Source: an uncultured Prevotella sp. (GTDB lineage Bacteria; Bacteroidota; Bacteroidia; Bacteroidales; Bacteroidaceae). Taken from it: a stretch of DNA of 64,000 bases. The DNA lies in contig OMZO01000013.1 of NCBI GenBank assembly GCA_900315525.1, forward strand, positions 2,646 through 66,645. Reading direction: 5' to 3'. Below, piece by piece: positions 1-8,244 of the stretch (position 1 is its first letter; every line of letters begins with the position of its first letter). The notes beneath the pieces were generated by a model. It searched no databases, was not told the DNA's origin, and saw nothing but the letters and a program-made list of their open reading frames with translations. Both the position numbers and the translations under genes were made by a program.

Positions 1-962
1 CGATACTTCTCAATAATCGGGAGTACCATATCAGGTATAATTACTTCCATCTTTGCCATGTCAGATCTGCGATCTTTTGTTTTGGTACGATTGTAAACAA
101 GTCTGTTACTGATTAATTCTGTGGCATTATATAGGTCAGCTGAGTTAATGCCCATGAGGCAGAATGAAAGAATGAAACAGTCCTTCGCTAGATCGAAGCG
201 ACAAGTGCCTTTATGTCCTCTAGGGATATTGTGGTAAGGCATTTCCCAGATTGCTTTGATTTGTTGAGGCTGGATGGCTCGCTTTCGTGTAGTTTCCTCT
301 TTGGGAACCTTGAAATATTCAAAGGGAGAGTGGGGGATTCGTATAAGACCTTTATCGGGTTTGTTATATAACCTTTGAGCCTCGTTGAAGAGGTGTCGCA
401 AATTAGTAAGGTAGAGTGACAGGCTTCGGTTAGATGGAATGCGCTTCCCTGCTTCAGCCAATTTCTTTACTCTCTCCTGACGTAACTTTATTAAATGGTC
501 TCTGTAATTCTCCAGCAGCTCAACAGTGATTTCTTTGATGTTTAATTCCTCCTTGCCTATGAATTTAATAAATGCTTTGAGACTGGTTGTGTATATGTCT
601 TTACTTCTATAGGAAGAGGTGTCTATCCATTTCTTACAAAATCCAATAAAATCAATGGGTTTGTCTGCTTCATCTTTATTTAAAAGGCGATTTACAATTT
701 CGTTCACATCACATTTTTCAGAATCAAGATGTAGGGAGTTGAACATTGTCCTGTAATGTAGTACAAGATGGTCTGCCTCCTGTTTTGTGAAAGAACCTTC
801 TTTTAGTTTCAAATCTGCCGTGAGGTCTTCTACTGTAGCGAATAGGTCTGTAGAGATTCGCTTCACAGCACGGCCTTTTGTGAATCGAATTTTGACATTG
901 TAAGAACCATCCATTCTCTTCCTGTCCTTCTGGACTTCTGCTTTGATTGTAAGCATGGGCAT
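1..962 (-). CDS. Tyrosine recombinase/integrase of a Bacteroidales integrative element. N-terminal ~320 aa only; the catalytic C-terminus lies beyond position 1
   Basis: Not in the ORF track because it is truncated. My minus-strand translation from ATG 962 reads MPMLTIKAEVQKDRKRMDGSYNVKIRFTKGRAVKRISTDL...YNRTKTKDRRSDMAKMEVIIPDMVLPIIEKYR, with no stop down to position 1. The arm-binding-like N-terminus and SAM-like core-binding region resemble NBU/CTn-type integrases. Local GC is about 38-40 percent versus above 50 percent elsewhere. Confidence 0.8.
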   Translation of the reverse strand, partial: MPMLTIKAEVQKDRKRMDGSYNVKIRFTKGRAVKRISTDLFATVEDLTADLKLKEGSFTKQEADHLVLHYRTMFNSLHLDSEKCDVNEIVNRLLNKDEADKPIDFIGFCKKWIDTSSYRSKDIYTTSLKAFIKFIGKEELNIKEITVELLENYRDHLIKLRQERVKKLAEAGKRIPSNRSLSLYLTNLRHLFNEAQRLYNKPDKGLIRIPHSPFEYFKVPKEETTRKRAIQPQQIKAIWEMPYHNIPRGHKGTCRFDLAKDCFILSFCLMGINSADLYNATELISNRLVYNRTKTKDRRSDMAKMEVIIPDMVLPIIEKY

Positions 963-975
963 TTTTGTTTTTTGT

Positions 976-1071
976 GTCAACAGCAGTCAACAGCGGTCAA
1001 CATTTTCCTATTTTCTGGGCTGAATCTATAGTAAATAGGCAGTATTCCAGCGGTCAACATGCGGTCAACAT
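976..1071 (+). repeat. Five direct copies of GTCAACA (three with 10-bp phasing, two with 11-bp phasing) upstream of the integrase start
   Basis: GTCAACA starts at 976, 986, 996, 1053 and 1064. Context is GTCAACAGCAGTCAACAGCGGTCAACAT and AGCGGTCAACATGCGGTCAACAT. Confidence 0.85.
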
Positions 1072-1187
1072 TTGGTTAAAAATGTGCTGTTTTTTGAGAA
1101 ATCCACAATTTTTAGGGAATGGCTATCTTCAGTAGCTTGATTTTTTATGATTCTTGGAAAATATTAAAAATCAGGACTTTAGAGAAT

Positions 1188-1214
1188 AAAAAAGCCTCAG
1201 ATTAACTCTGAGAC
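1188..1214 (-). terminator. Hairpin plus U-tract terminator downstream of tRNA-Arg
   Basis: The minus strand reads GTCTCAGAG-TTAA-TCTGAGGC followed by TTTTTT. Confidence 0.6.
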
Positions 1215-1218
1215 TTCG

Positions 1219-1292
1219 TGATTCCGTCGGGATTCGAACCCGAGGCCTACTGCTTAGAAGGCAGTTGCTCTATCCAGCTGAGCTACGGAACC
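1219..1292 (-). tRNA. tRNA-Arg (anticodon TCT)
   Basis: The 74 nt minus-strand sequence is GGTTCCGTAGCTCAGCTGGATAGAGCAACTGCCTTCTAAGCAGTAGGCCTCGGGTTCGAATCCCGACGGAATCA. The acceptor stem GGTTCCG/CGGAATC pairs, the anticodon loop is CTTCTAA, the T-loop is GGTTCGAATCC, and no CCA is encoded. Confidence 0.95.
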
Positions 1293-1353
1293 AGCCTTTG
1301 ATTTTTATGAAATCGGCTGCAAAGGTAGGCAATTTTTCTGAATTGCACAAATT

Positions 1354-2166
1354 TCAGACGGAAAATCTTATGTATGACCTGTCATCGAAGGAGTTATTTC
1401 CTATTACGAAGGACTTTGTAGCCTTGAAACGGCCGATATTCAGTGGGTCGCTGGCACGCTGTTCGTCGAGGAGTGCTTCGGTCTCGGCGAGCGTGGGAGC
1501 GAGTTGTGGGTAGCCGTCGCTGGCGAGCACTATCTCCCAGGGTTGGAAGTTGAGGGTGAGCACGGGTACCAGCCGTTGGGGGATGGGGAAGCCATCGATG
1601 ACGGCATAGGTGATGTTCTGGTTGTGCATGACCTCAAGCATCCGTGGAATCATCACCTCACGGGCAGGGTCGAAAGACTGTCGGAGGTCCGCCTCTTTAT
1701 AACCCTGTGCCAACAGTTCCCTGACGCGTGCGGCACGCATCTCAGCCAGTTCTTGTTCATAGGGCTTAGGGTTGTCGTAGTAGTCGCCGCCGACGAGACA
1801 GTGGCAGTCGCCTACGAGCCAGATCTCGCGGCGCACACGGCTGTAGATGACGGCAGAGGCCGTGAGGCGTTCTTCGGGATGTGCGGCCATGTGGTTCTTG
1901 GGGAAGCGCAGCCAATAATGGCGGCTGATGGCCTTGGTAACCCCCTTGCAGAACTGCTGGCAGCTGATATCGGCAGGCATGTGACGGATATAGCGGCTGA
2001 CAAGCAGCATGGCATAACGCCCATTGCTCCACCAAGGGAGGTGGCGGCGGGAGGTCTTCGAAGTGGAGCCGTCGATGACGGCGATGAAGTCATTTGTGAC
2101 GACGATTCCGTCCTCGCTTTTCTTCGCGGGGCTCTTCGGAATGACGCTTTTCTCTATGATATTCAT
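1354..2166 (-). CDS. Hypothetical protein, possibly a PPM/PP2C-like phosphatase fold
   Basis: I trimmed ORF 1354..2379 to ATG 2166 (MNIIEKSVIPK...) because the upstream part overlaps ygiQ. The motifs AVIDGST, GDCH and LASDGYP loosely resemble PP2C metal-binding motifs. The functional call is weak. Confidence 0.6.
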   Translation of the reverse strand: MNIIEKSVIPKSPAKKSEDGIVVTNDFIAVIDGSTSKTSRRHLPWWSNGRYAMLLVSRYIRHMPADISCQQFCKGVTKAISRHYWLRFPKNHMAAHPEERLTASAVIYSRVRREIWLVGDCHCLVGGDYYDNPKPYEQELAEMRAARVRELLAQGYKEADLRQSFDPAREVMIPRMLEVMHNQNITYAVIDGFPIPQRLVPVLTLNFQPWEIVLASDGYPQLAPTLAETEALLDEQRASDPLNIGRFKATKSFVIGNNSFDDRSYIRFSV

Positions 2167-4045
2167 TGTTCTTGGGATTGCTGGGGATGCCTGAGTAGAG
2201 TCGGGGGATGAGATCGGCTCTGCCGATGCGTCGCAGACTTTGTTCGATGTTGCGCCGTTCCTCTGGTTTGTACCAGAAGAAATACTGGCGCTGTGCCAGT
2301 TTCTCGCGTGGCGTCTTGGCAGAGAAGACTGGTTCAAGCGTATAAGGGTCATACCCCGTGTACCAGGTCTCAGTGGCATTAGTCATCGGCGTGGGGGTGA
2401 AGTCCTGTACCTGCTCGAGGTGGAAGTCGAGGCCCTTAGTGATGACGGCTAGTTCGGCCATATCCTCCTCATGACAGCCTGGATGGGAAGATATGAAGTA
2501 GGGGATAATCTGTTCTCGGAGATTCTCCTCGCGGTTGATGCGGTCGAACTGGCGCTTGAATTCATAGAACTGCTGGAACGACGGCTTGCGCATGAGGTAG
2601 AGCACGCGATCGCTGGTGTGCTCGGGGGCCACCTTCAGACGGCCTGAGACATGACGCGTGATCAGTTCACGAGTGTATTCGCGGGCAGCGCGGTTGGCCT
2701 CTTCGTCTTTGCTCTTATATAATAATAGGTCATAGCGCACGCCACTGCCGATGAAGCTCCGCTTGATGCCCGGAATGGCATCGACGGCATGATAGATGTC
2801 GAGCAGGCGACTATGGTTGGTGTCGAGGTTCGGACAGATCTGGGGATGTATGCAGCTGGGGCGGCGACACTTCTCACAAGCGTTGAGGTTGCGGCCATGC
2901 ATGCCATACATATTGGCAGAAGGACCGCCGAGGTCGGAGAGGTAGCCCTTGAAGTCGGGCATCTGCATCACCTGCTTCACCTCTTTTAATATACTCTCCT
3001 TCGAGCGGCAGGAGATGAACTTGCCCTGATGGGCGGAGATGGTGCAGAAGGCACAGCCACCAAAGCACCCACGATGGATGTTTACAGAGTGACGGATCAT
3101 GTCGTAGGCGGGGATGCGCTTGCCTTTGTACTTCGGATGAGGCTGACGGGTGTAGGGCAGGTCGTAAGAAGCATCAATTTCCTGAGTGGTCATCGGGGGA
3201 TAGGGCGGATTGACCACGACGAAGCGTCCATCGACCTCCTGCAACAGGCGTTGGGCATGCATCATATTCGACTGCTCCTCGATGTGTCGGAAGTTCTCTG
3301 CCTGTGATCGTTTGTCGCGCAGACATTCTTCGTGGGAGTGGAGCACGATGTCGTCTTCACGTATGCCGCCAGGTATCTCCTCCTTTCGGGCGAGATAGAC
3401 GGTCTGGGGGATGTTTTGAAGTGAAGCGTGAAGGGTGAAGAGTGAAGCGTGGGCTTCGCCTGATGGCGCAGCGAGAGAGGATAGTTGGTTGGCGAGTTCG
3501 ACGATGGGTTTCTCGCCCATGCCGTAGATGAGCAGGTCGGCACCAGCATCGCAGAGGATGCACTTCTGCAGGCGGTCTTGCCAATAGTCGTAATGTGTCA
3601 GTCGTCGCAGGGAGGCTTCGATGCCGCCGAGCACGACAGGAACATCGGGATACAGCTGCTTGAGAATCCTGGAATAGACGATGGTGGGATATTCCGGACG
3701 CATGTCGTGACGACCGTCAGGACTGTAGGCGTCCTCAGAACGCAGGCGGCGGTTGGCTGTGTATTTATTGACCATCGAGTCCATGCATCCTGGCGCGATG
3801 CCAAAGAACAGACGAGGCCGCCCCAGTTTCTTGAAGTCGCGGAAGTCACCATGCCAGTCTGGTTGGGGGACGATGGCTACTTTATAGCCAGCCGCCTCCA
3901 GCGTACGACCTATGACGGCCGCTCCGAAAGAGGGGTGGTCGATATAGGCATCACCAGAGAAAAGAATCACATCGACCTCCGTCCATCCGCGGAGGTCGAG
4001 TTCTTTTTTCGTTGTAGGCAGGAAATCTGTCAGTCTGTATTCCAT
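2090..4045 (-). CDS. ygiQ: YgiQ-family (UPF0313) radical SAM protein
   Basis: MEYRLTDFLPTTKKELDLRGWTEVDVILFSGDAYIDHPSFGAAVIGR... together with CFGGCAFCTISAHQGK is the radical SAM cysteine cluster context typical of YgiQ. The ATG at 4045 overlaps the stop of the upstream ORF (TGATG). Confidence 0.9.
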   Translation of the reverse strand: MEYRLTDFLPTTKKELDLRGWTEVDVILFSGDAYIDHPSFGAAVIGRTLEAAGYKVAIVPQPDWHGDFRDFKKLGRPRLFFGIAPGCMDSMVNKYTANRRLRSEDAYSPDGRHDMRPEYPTIVYSRILKQLYPDVPVVLGGIEASLRRLTHYDYWQDRLQKCILCDAGADLLIYGMGEKPIVELANQLSSLAAPSGEAHASLFTLHASLQNIPQTVYLARKEEIPGGIREDDIVLHSHEECLRDKRSQAENFRHIEEQSNMMHAQRLLQEVDGRFVVVNPPYPPMTTQEIDASYDLPYTRQPHPKYKGKRIPAYDMIRHSVNIHRGCFGGCAFCTISAHQGKFISCRSKESILKEVKQVMQMPDFKGYLSDLGGPSANMYGMHGRNLNACEKCRRPSCIHPQICPNLDTNHSRLLDIYHAVDAIPGIKRSFIGSGVRYDLLLYKSKDEEANRAAREYTRELITRHVSGRLKVAPEHTSDRVLYLMRKPSFQQFYEFKRQFDRINREENLREQIIPYFISSHPGCHEEDMAELAVITKGLDFHLEQVQDFTPTPMTNATETWYTGYDPYTLEPVFSAKTPREKLAQRQYFFWYKPEERRNIEQSLRRIGRADLIPRLYSGIPSNPKNNEYHREKRHSEEPREEKRGRNRRHK

Positions 4046-4389
4046 CAATTGAAGGGCGTTCCCTGGAAAGAACGGGTAGTCATGCCGAGATTGCCGTTGG
4101 CCTGATTCTTCCAGTTGATATAGAGCAGGACGAGTTGCTGAAGTCCGTAGGCCTTCATGTTCGGATGGTAGATGACGTCAAGGCAAAGGTTGAGCAGGTC
4201 TCTGTCGAGTCCTGCTTGTGCCTCGAGGAGGGCACGGACGTTGAGCTTGAGCTTGTCAAGTACTTGTTCGTCAACATAACCGTTGCTGTCGATCAGGTCG
4301 CGGAGAAGTTGATACTTCTCAATGGTCTGCAGATGTTCCTCGAGAATCTCGATACTGCGTGAGCCAGATGAATTTGTTTGAATCTTCAT
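4045..4389 (-). CDS. Hypothetical protein (114 aa)
   Basis: Complete ORF with ATG at 4389, stop coupled to the ygiQ start, same strand in the operon. No recognisable motif. Confidence 0.6.
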   Translation of the reverse strand: MKIQTNSSGSRSIEILEEHLQTIEKYQLLRDLIDSNGYVDEQVLDKLKLNVRALLEAQAGLDRDLLNLCLDVIYHPNMKAYGLQQLVLLYINWKNQANGNLGMTTRSFQGTPFN

Positions 4390-4413
4390 GATGTTAATGT
4401 TTTGTTAATAAAG

Positions 4414-7218
4414 TTATTGTGATAGTAGTAAGAATCTCAAGAAACCTCCCATGAGGGTGTTGCGCTTCTGTTCAGACTGGATGCACTCGAAGGGGAATCC
4501 CAGCGTCATCGCCTTATAGTCCTGTCCGTCGTAGGCGACACAGGCACTATGCTGGTCGGCATAGAGCATGGCAGAGAAGGCTGGCGCTACTGGCAACAGG
4601 TTGTCGGGATGAGGGGCGGCATAGTGCGTCGCATTGAGATGGCGGTGGAACGTAAAGGTGGTACCAAGGCCACTGATCGTATCACTTTCAAGGCTGTCAC
4701 GATTGACACCGTCGTAGTTGCATTTCAGGACTTGCCTGAGATAAGCTTGGTCGCCAGGACTCATCATGTCGGCGCCAATATAAGAACCGCTGACGAGCAG
4801 GGCACCGCCACGCGAGGTGAAGAGCTGGAGATGCTGACGGAGCATCGGTGAGAATGCCCTGTATCGACGCAGCGACCAGCCATCGTTTTTCTCAAGGCCC
4901 AAGATCAGGTCGATCATCTGATATCTGGTAGGCAGTACCTCGTTGCGCTCGAGCGCTTCGGAGGAACAGCTGGCGATGTTATAGCGCCCTGAGGCGGCGA
5001 TGGCTTCAGCATGCGTGCGGATATAGTTGAAGTCGTTGCCCGCAATGAAATGACCAGCGAGTGCATCGTTGGTATAGCCGAGGCCTGTGGTAGCCGTGCT
5101 TCCCATCTTGGAACGGTCGAAGCTGGTCTGATAGCCTGTCCAGCCAGCTGTCAGGCCATAAGAGACCCCAATGTCTTCGTGCAGGTCGAAACCCTGTTCG
5201 ACTGTATTATCACGAACGGCGGGTGAGGAGAGACGGTTGAAGCCATTGACCACAAGTACGGTCTTCTGAGCTTCAGGGACATAGTAGGCACTGACCACCT
5301 CGCTGGGGAAACTCTCTCCACCATCGTTGATGGCAGCGACGCGGAAGCTGTAGAGCTGGCCTGGCTGTAACTTGAGCTTCAGGCTGGTCTTGTCTCCTTT
5401 TACAATAGTGCCGTTATTGAAACCGCCCTTGCCGATCGCCTGATAAACGATAAAGCCAGTGGGCTTTGCTGTCGGCTCGTCGGGGTCGTTGACAATGTTC
5501 CAGCTGAGACGAGCCTCACCCTCGTCGAGGAGTTCCACACGGAGATGGTTGGGCATGAGTGGTGTCACCACATAGTCGCAGTGGTGCATGCGGCACATAT
5601 AGCGGAGGATGGTCTTGTAGATGCTGCGTGCGAAGTCGAAACGGAAGTTGGGGTCCTGCCCGTAGCGCATGTCGGCGAAATTCTGGTGCGACATCGTCTC
5701 GAGGATGGCACTATCCTGCGGAATGGTGCTGAGCAGTTCGTCGGCGAGGTCGCGTGAGGCGAGGCGAGAACGTCCTGTGCTGAGGATGCTGTCATTTAAA
5801 TAGGTGGTGCAGATAGTGAGTGTACCCGTATGAGACCTGCCATCGGATGTGTAGCCGGCATCGCTATGAACAGCCAGAGATAATTCGATGGGCACCTGTC
5901 GCCCCGTCGTGTCGGGCATATAGCAGGAGCCTCCCGCCAGAAGGTTGGTCATATAGGAACGGGCGTTGATGTCGTCGCCATACTTCGTCGAATAGACCTC
6001 ATAAGGCATGCCAGCCCATTGGGCATAGTAGCGGGCGCCCTCCAGACAGCGGGGCAGTGCGCTGGTCGATACCCCACGGCGGATGTTGCCCATGCCACCG
6101 CCAAAACGTACGGCATCGGCTGTGACAACTCCGTCGGTACGACTCAGATTGCTAAGCACGACGCAGTTGTCCTTGTTTTTGCCAGCCTCGAATTCAAAGG
6201 TGCCCAGATAGACCCAAGTAGAACCACCCATCTGCTGGTTGACACGGAATTCTGTTGGGATGCCCTTATGCCAGACGGTGTAGTGAGCATCATTAACGCT
6301 GCCTTCGACCGTCTGGTAGCTGACATAGACTGCATAGCGGCCAGATTCAGGGATATTTGGCAGATAGGCAGCCAGACTCTCGTAGCGCTGATCGTTGACC
6401 GTCTGGACTTTCTTGGCCGTACCCGCCAGAAATGGATTTTCCTGATCGACATAAGGCCCCGTATGGAAGGCGAATCCCAGTGAGTCGGTTTTCTCCCAGC
6501 GATGGTTCCCATGTGTCTCCTGGTAGATGCCACGACTGGTATTGGGCGTGTCGTTATCGACAATCACCTCGTTGACTTGCCAGTCGCGTTCTCGTGGTGT
6601 GAAGACGATGGCCCCTGCCTTCTCGAGCATGGGTATCAGATAAGGCACGACAATGGTCTGGGTGAACAGGTCTTCACGGCTTCCGAAAAGTGGTGGACGC
6701 TGCCATTTCCACATTTCATTCTTGATGTCGTAATAGCGACCATGGCTGGCCCAGATAGAGAGATGGCGGTTCTGAAGTCCTCGGGTCACCTGATAGGGTA
6801 GAGAGGCATTGCTGACCCAAGGTGCTCCATGATAGTCGATGTCGCCCCATACCCTGTCGGGGGATGGTTGCTGTCGCAGACGCGTAGGGACCAGGTCGCG
6901 AATGTCCCATCCGCCTGTCTTTACAGCCAGTTGGTAGTCGCGACAAGTGTCAGGCAACAGTCTGCGTATATCGTCGTAGATCCTCTCGGCCGACTCTGGT
7001 GTAAATGTCTGTTCTCCAAAGTGTGTGTCGGCCTTGACCAAAATGGTTTTCAGTGTATCGTTGATCTCGATGCTCTGCAGGTGGGCTGCAGAACGAACAA
7101 TCTGCCCTGCAGGGCGATAGGTCCTGAAGTAATTATCTAGTTTGTTTTTCACATCCTGCTGAGCCAGGGCGGATAGCGAAATGGTTGCGGTCAGGATGGT
7201 GATTAGCGTTCTTCTCAT
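4414..7218 (-). CDS. Secreted multidomain protein with an amidase-like region, a golvesin-C-like carbohydrate-binding region and an FN3 domain. This family is often annotated as xanthan lyase-like
   Basis: Signal peptide MRRTLITILTATISLSALAQQ. GRYAVYVSYQTVEGSVNDAHYTVWHKG...STWVYLGTFEF is golvesin-C-like. LSWNIVNDPDEPTAKPTGFIVYQA...YSFRVAAINDGGES is FN3-like. The assignment is from memory of the family. Confidence 0.6.
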   Translation of the reverse strand: MRRTLITILTATISLSALAQQDVKNKLDNYFRTYRPAGQIVRSAAHLQSIEINDTLKTILVKADTHFGEQTFTPESAERIYDDIRRLLPDTCRDYQLAVKTGGWDIRDLVPTRLRQQPSPDRVWGDIDYHGAPWVSNASLPYQVTRGLQNRHLSIWASHGRYYDIKNEMWKWQRPPLFGSREDLFTQTIVVPYLIPMLEKAGAIVFTPRERDWQVNEVIVDNDTPNTSRGIYQETHGNHRWEKTDSLGFAFHTGPYVDQENPFLAGTAKKVQTVNDQRYESLAAYLPNIPESGRYAVYVSYQTVEGSVNDAHYTVWHKGIPTEFRVNQQMGGSTWVYLGTFEFEAGKNKDNCVVLSNLSRTDGVVTADAVRFGGGMGNIRRGVSTSALPRCLEGARYYAQWAGMPYEVYSTKYGDDINARSYMTNLLAGGSCYMPDTTGRQVPIELSLAVHSDAGYTSDGRSHTGTLTICTTYLNDSILSTGRSRLASRDLADELLSTIPQDSAILETMSHQNFADMRYGQDPNFRFDFARSIYKTILRYMCRMHHCDYVVTPLMPNHLRVELLDEGEARLSWNIVNDPDEPTAKPTGFIVYQAIGKGGFNNGTIVKGDKTSLKLKLQPGQLYSFRVAAINDGGESFPSEVVSAYYVPEAQKTVLVVNGFNRLSSPAVRDNTVEQGFDLHEDIGVSYGLTAGWTGYQTSFDRSKMGSTATTGLGYTNDALAGHFIAGNDFNYIRTHAEAIAASGRYNIASCSSEALERNEVLPTRYQMIDLILGLEKNDGWSLRRYRAFSPMLRQHLQLFTSRGGALLVSGSYIGADMMSPGDQAYLRQVLKCNYDGVNRDSLESDTISGLGTTFTFHRHLNATHYAAPHPDNLLPVAPAFSAMLYADQHSACVAYDGQDYKAMTLGFPFECIQSEQKRNTLMGGFLRFLLLSQ

Positions 7219-7772
7219 GATAGTTCTCCGATAGTGAAATTCTCAGGCTTTTTGCCCTTGAAGTCTTTAAAATAGAGTTTGATCTCCCGCATGTCGGCCT
7301 TCAGGTCGCCAGTCGGGATGATGGTCTTCGTGCACTGAATGTGCTTTTTCTCATAATCGACACCGTAGAGCAGTATGGGGATACCCGCCTTCTGAGCGAT
7401 GAAATAGAAACCTTTCTTCCAGTCGGGATTTGGTGAGCGCGTTCCCTCAGGTGTGATACAGAGATGGAACTCCCGTGCGGCCTTGGCGGTCTCTGCCATG
7501 CTGTCGGTCATGCTCGTATGCTTTTGCCGATAGACAGGGATACCACCTAGTTTCTTGAAGAGAATACCGAGTGGGAAGAAAAACCATTCCTTCTTCATGA
7601 GGAAGTTGCTCTTCATGCCGCGAGCACCAATATACAGTTGTCCTATCAGGAAGTCCCAGTTGCTGGTGTGAGGAGCCAGGCAGATAATAAACTTATCGGG
7701 ATGGTCCTCCGTTACTTCGGCAGTCCATCCCAGATGTTTGTACAGGTACCAATTACAAAAACGTTTCCACAT
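7215..7772 (-). CDS. 1-acyl-sn-glycerol-3-phosphate (lysophospholipid) acyltransferase family protein
   Basis: HX4D motif (APHTSNWDF) and ITPEGTRS motif. The stop overlaps the start of the downstream gene (ATGA). Confidence 0.8.
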   Translation of the reverse strand: MWKRFCNWYLYKHLGWTAEVTEDHPDKFIICLAPHTSNWDFLIGQLYIGARGMKSNFLMKKEWFFFPLGILFKKLGGIPVYRQKHTSMTDSMAETAKAAREFHLCITPEGTRSPNPDWKKGFYFIAQKAGIPILLYGVDYEKKHIQCTKTIIPTGDLKADMREIKLYFKDFKGKKPENFTIGELS

Positions 7773-7774
7773 GA

Positions 7775-8041
7775 CTATGAATTGATTTGGTCCAGAATCT
7801 CGCCAATCTCGGCGCTGTATTTCTCCCTCAGGTCCTTAAAATAGTCTTTCGCCTTCATGCCTGGCTCGGGGTGGGATATACGACTGATGTAATTGTTGTG
7901 TATCTTGACGATAGAGAACAAGATTGCCTGTCCGTTGTCTTTTTGAGCCTCTGGTCCATACAGCGATAGAGCTACACCTTCCGCGAACAGTTCCTCACAA
8001 ATCAGGTTGATCTTTTTCTTGAGTGTTCTTTTGCTTGCCAT
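7775..8041 (-). CDS. Hypothetical protein (88 aa)
   Basis: ATG-initiated ORF, first gene of the minus-strand operon, with a promoter box 49 nt upstream. Confidence 0.6.
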   Translation of the reverse strand: MASKRTLKKKINLICEELFAEGVALSLYGPEAQKDNGQAILFSIVKIHNNYISRISHPEPGMKAKDYFKDLREKYSAEIGEILDQINS

Positions 8042-8089
8042 AAATTAAAATCCTCCTTAAATTTTATGTCTTTTGTTATTTTCACTGAA

Positions 8090-8097
8090 CAAAGTTA
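8090..8097 (-). promoter_or_regulatory. Bacteroidetes -7 promoter box (TAACTTTG) for the 8041..1354 operon
   Basis: Plus-strand CAAAGTTA is TAnnTTTG on the minus strand. Confidence 0.55.
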
Positions 8098-8192
8098 AGA
8101 AAAAAAATCGAGTTGGCAAGTGTTTGTTCCACAAAAAATATTAAAATGATGATTTTCGCCACATTTCTTTCGCATTTCTGACAAAAAAGGAT

Positions 8193-8200
8193 TAATTTTG
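8193..8200 (+). promoter_or_regulatory. -7 promoter box TAATTTTG for pfp
   Basis: Matches TAnnTTTG, 45 nt upstream of ATG 8245. Confidence 0.55.
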
Positions 8201-8244
8201 CACGTCAGAAACGAATTATTCATTCTATAATAAGTAACACAAGT

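Larger units (their letters stand above)
1..1218. mobile_element. Edge of a putative integrated element inserted beside the 3' end of tRNA-Arg
   Basis: The integrase is oriented towards the tRNA 3' end, there is a GC drop, and phased direct repeats lie in between. The other end of the element is outside the window, so the att duplication cannot be seen. Confidence 0.45.

Noticed and set aside
724-990. An 88-aa ORF from the track inside the integrase region
   Set aside because: It is in the wrong frame. The integrase frame, which I translated by hand, is open across the whole 1-962 interval and gives a recognisable protein.
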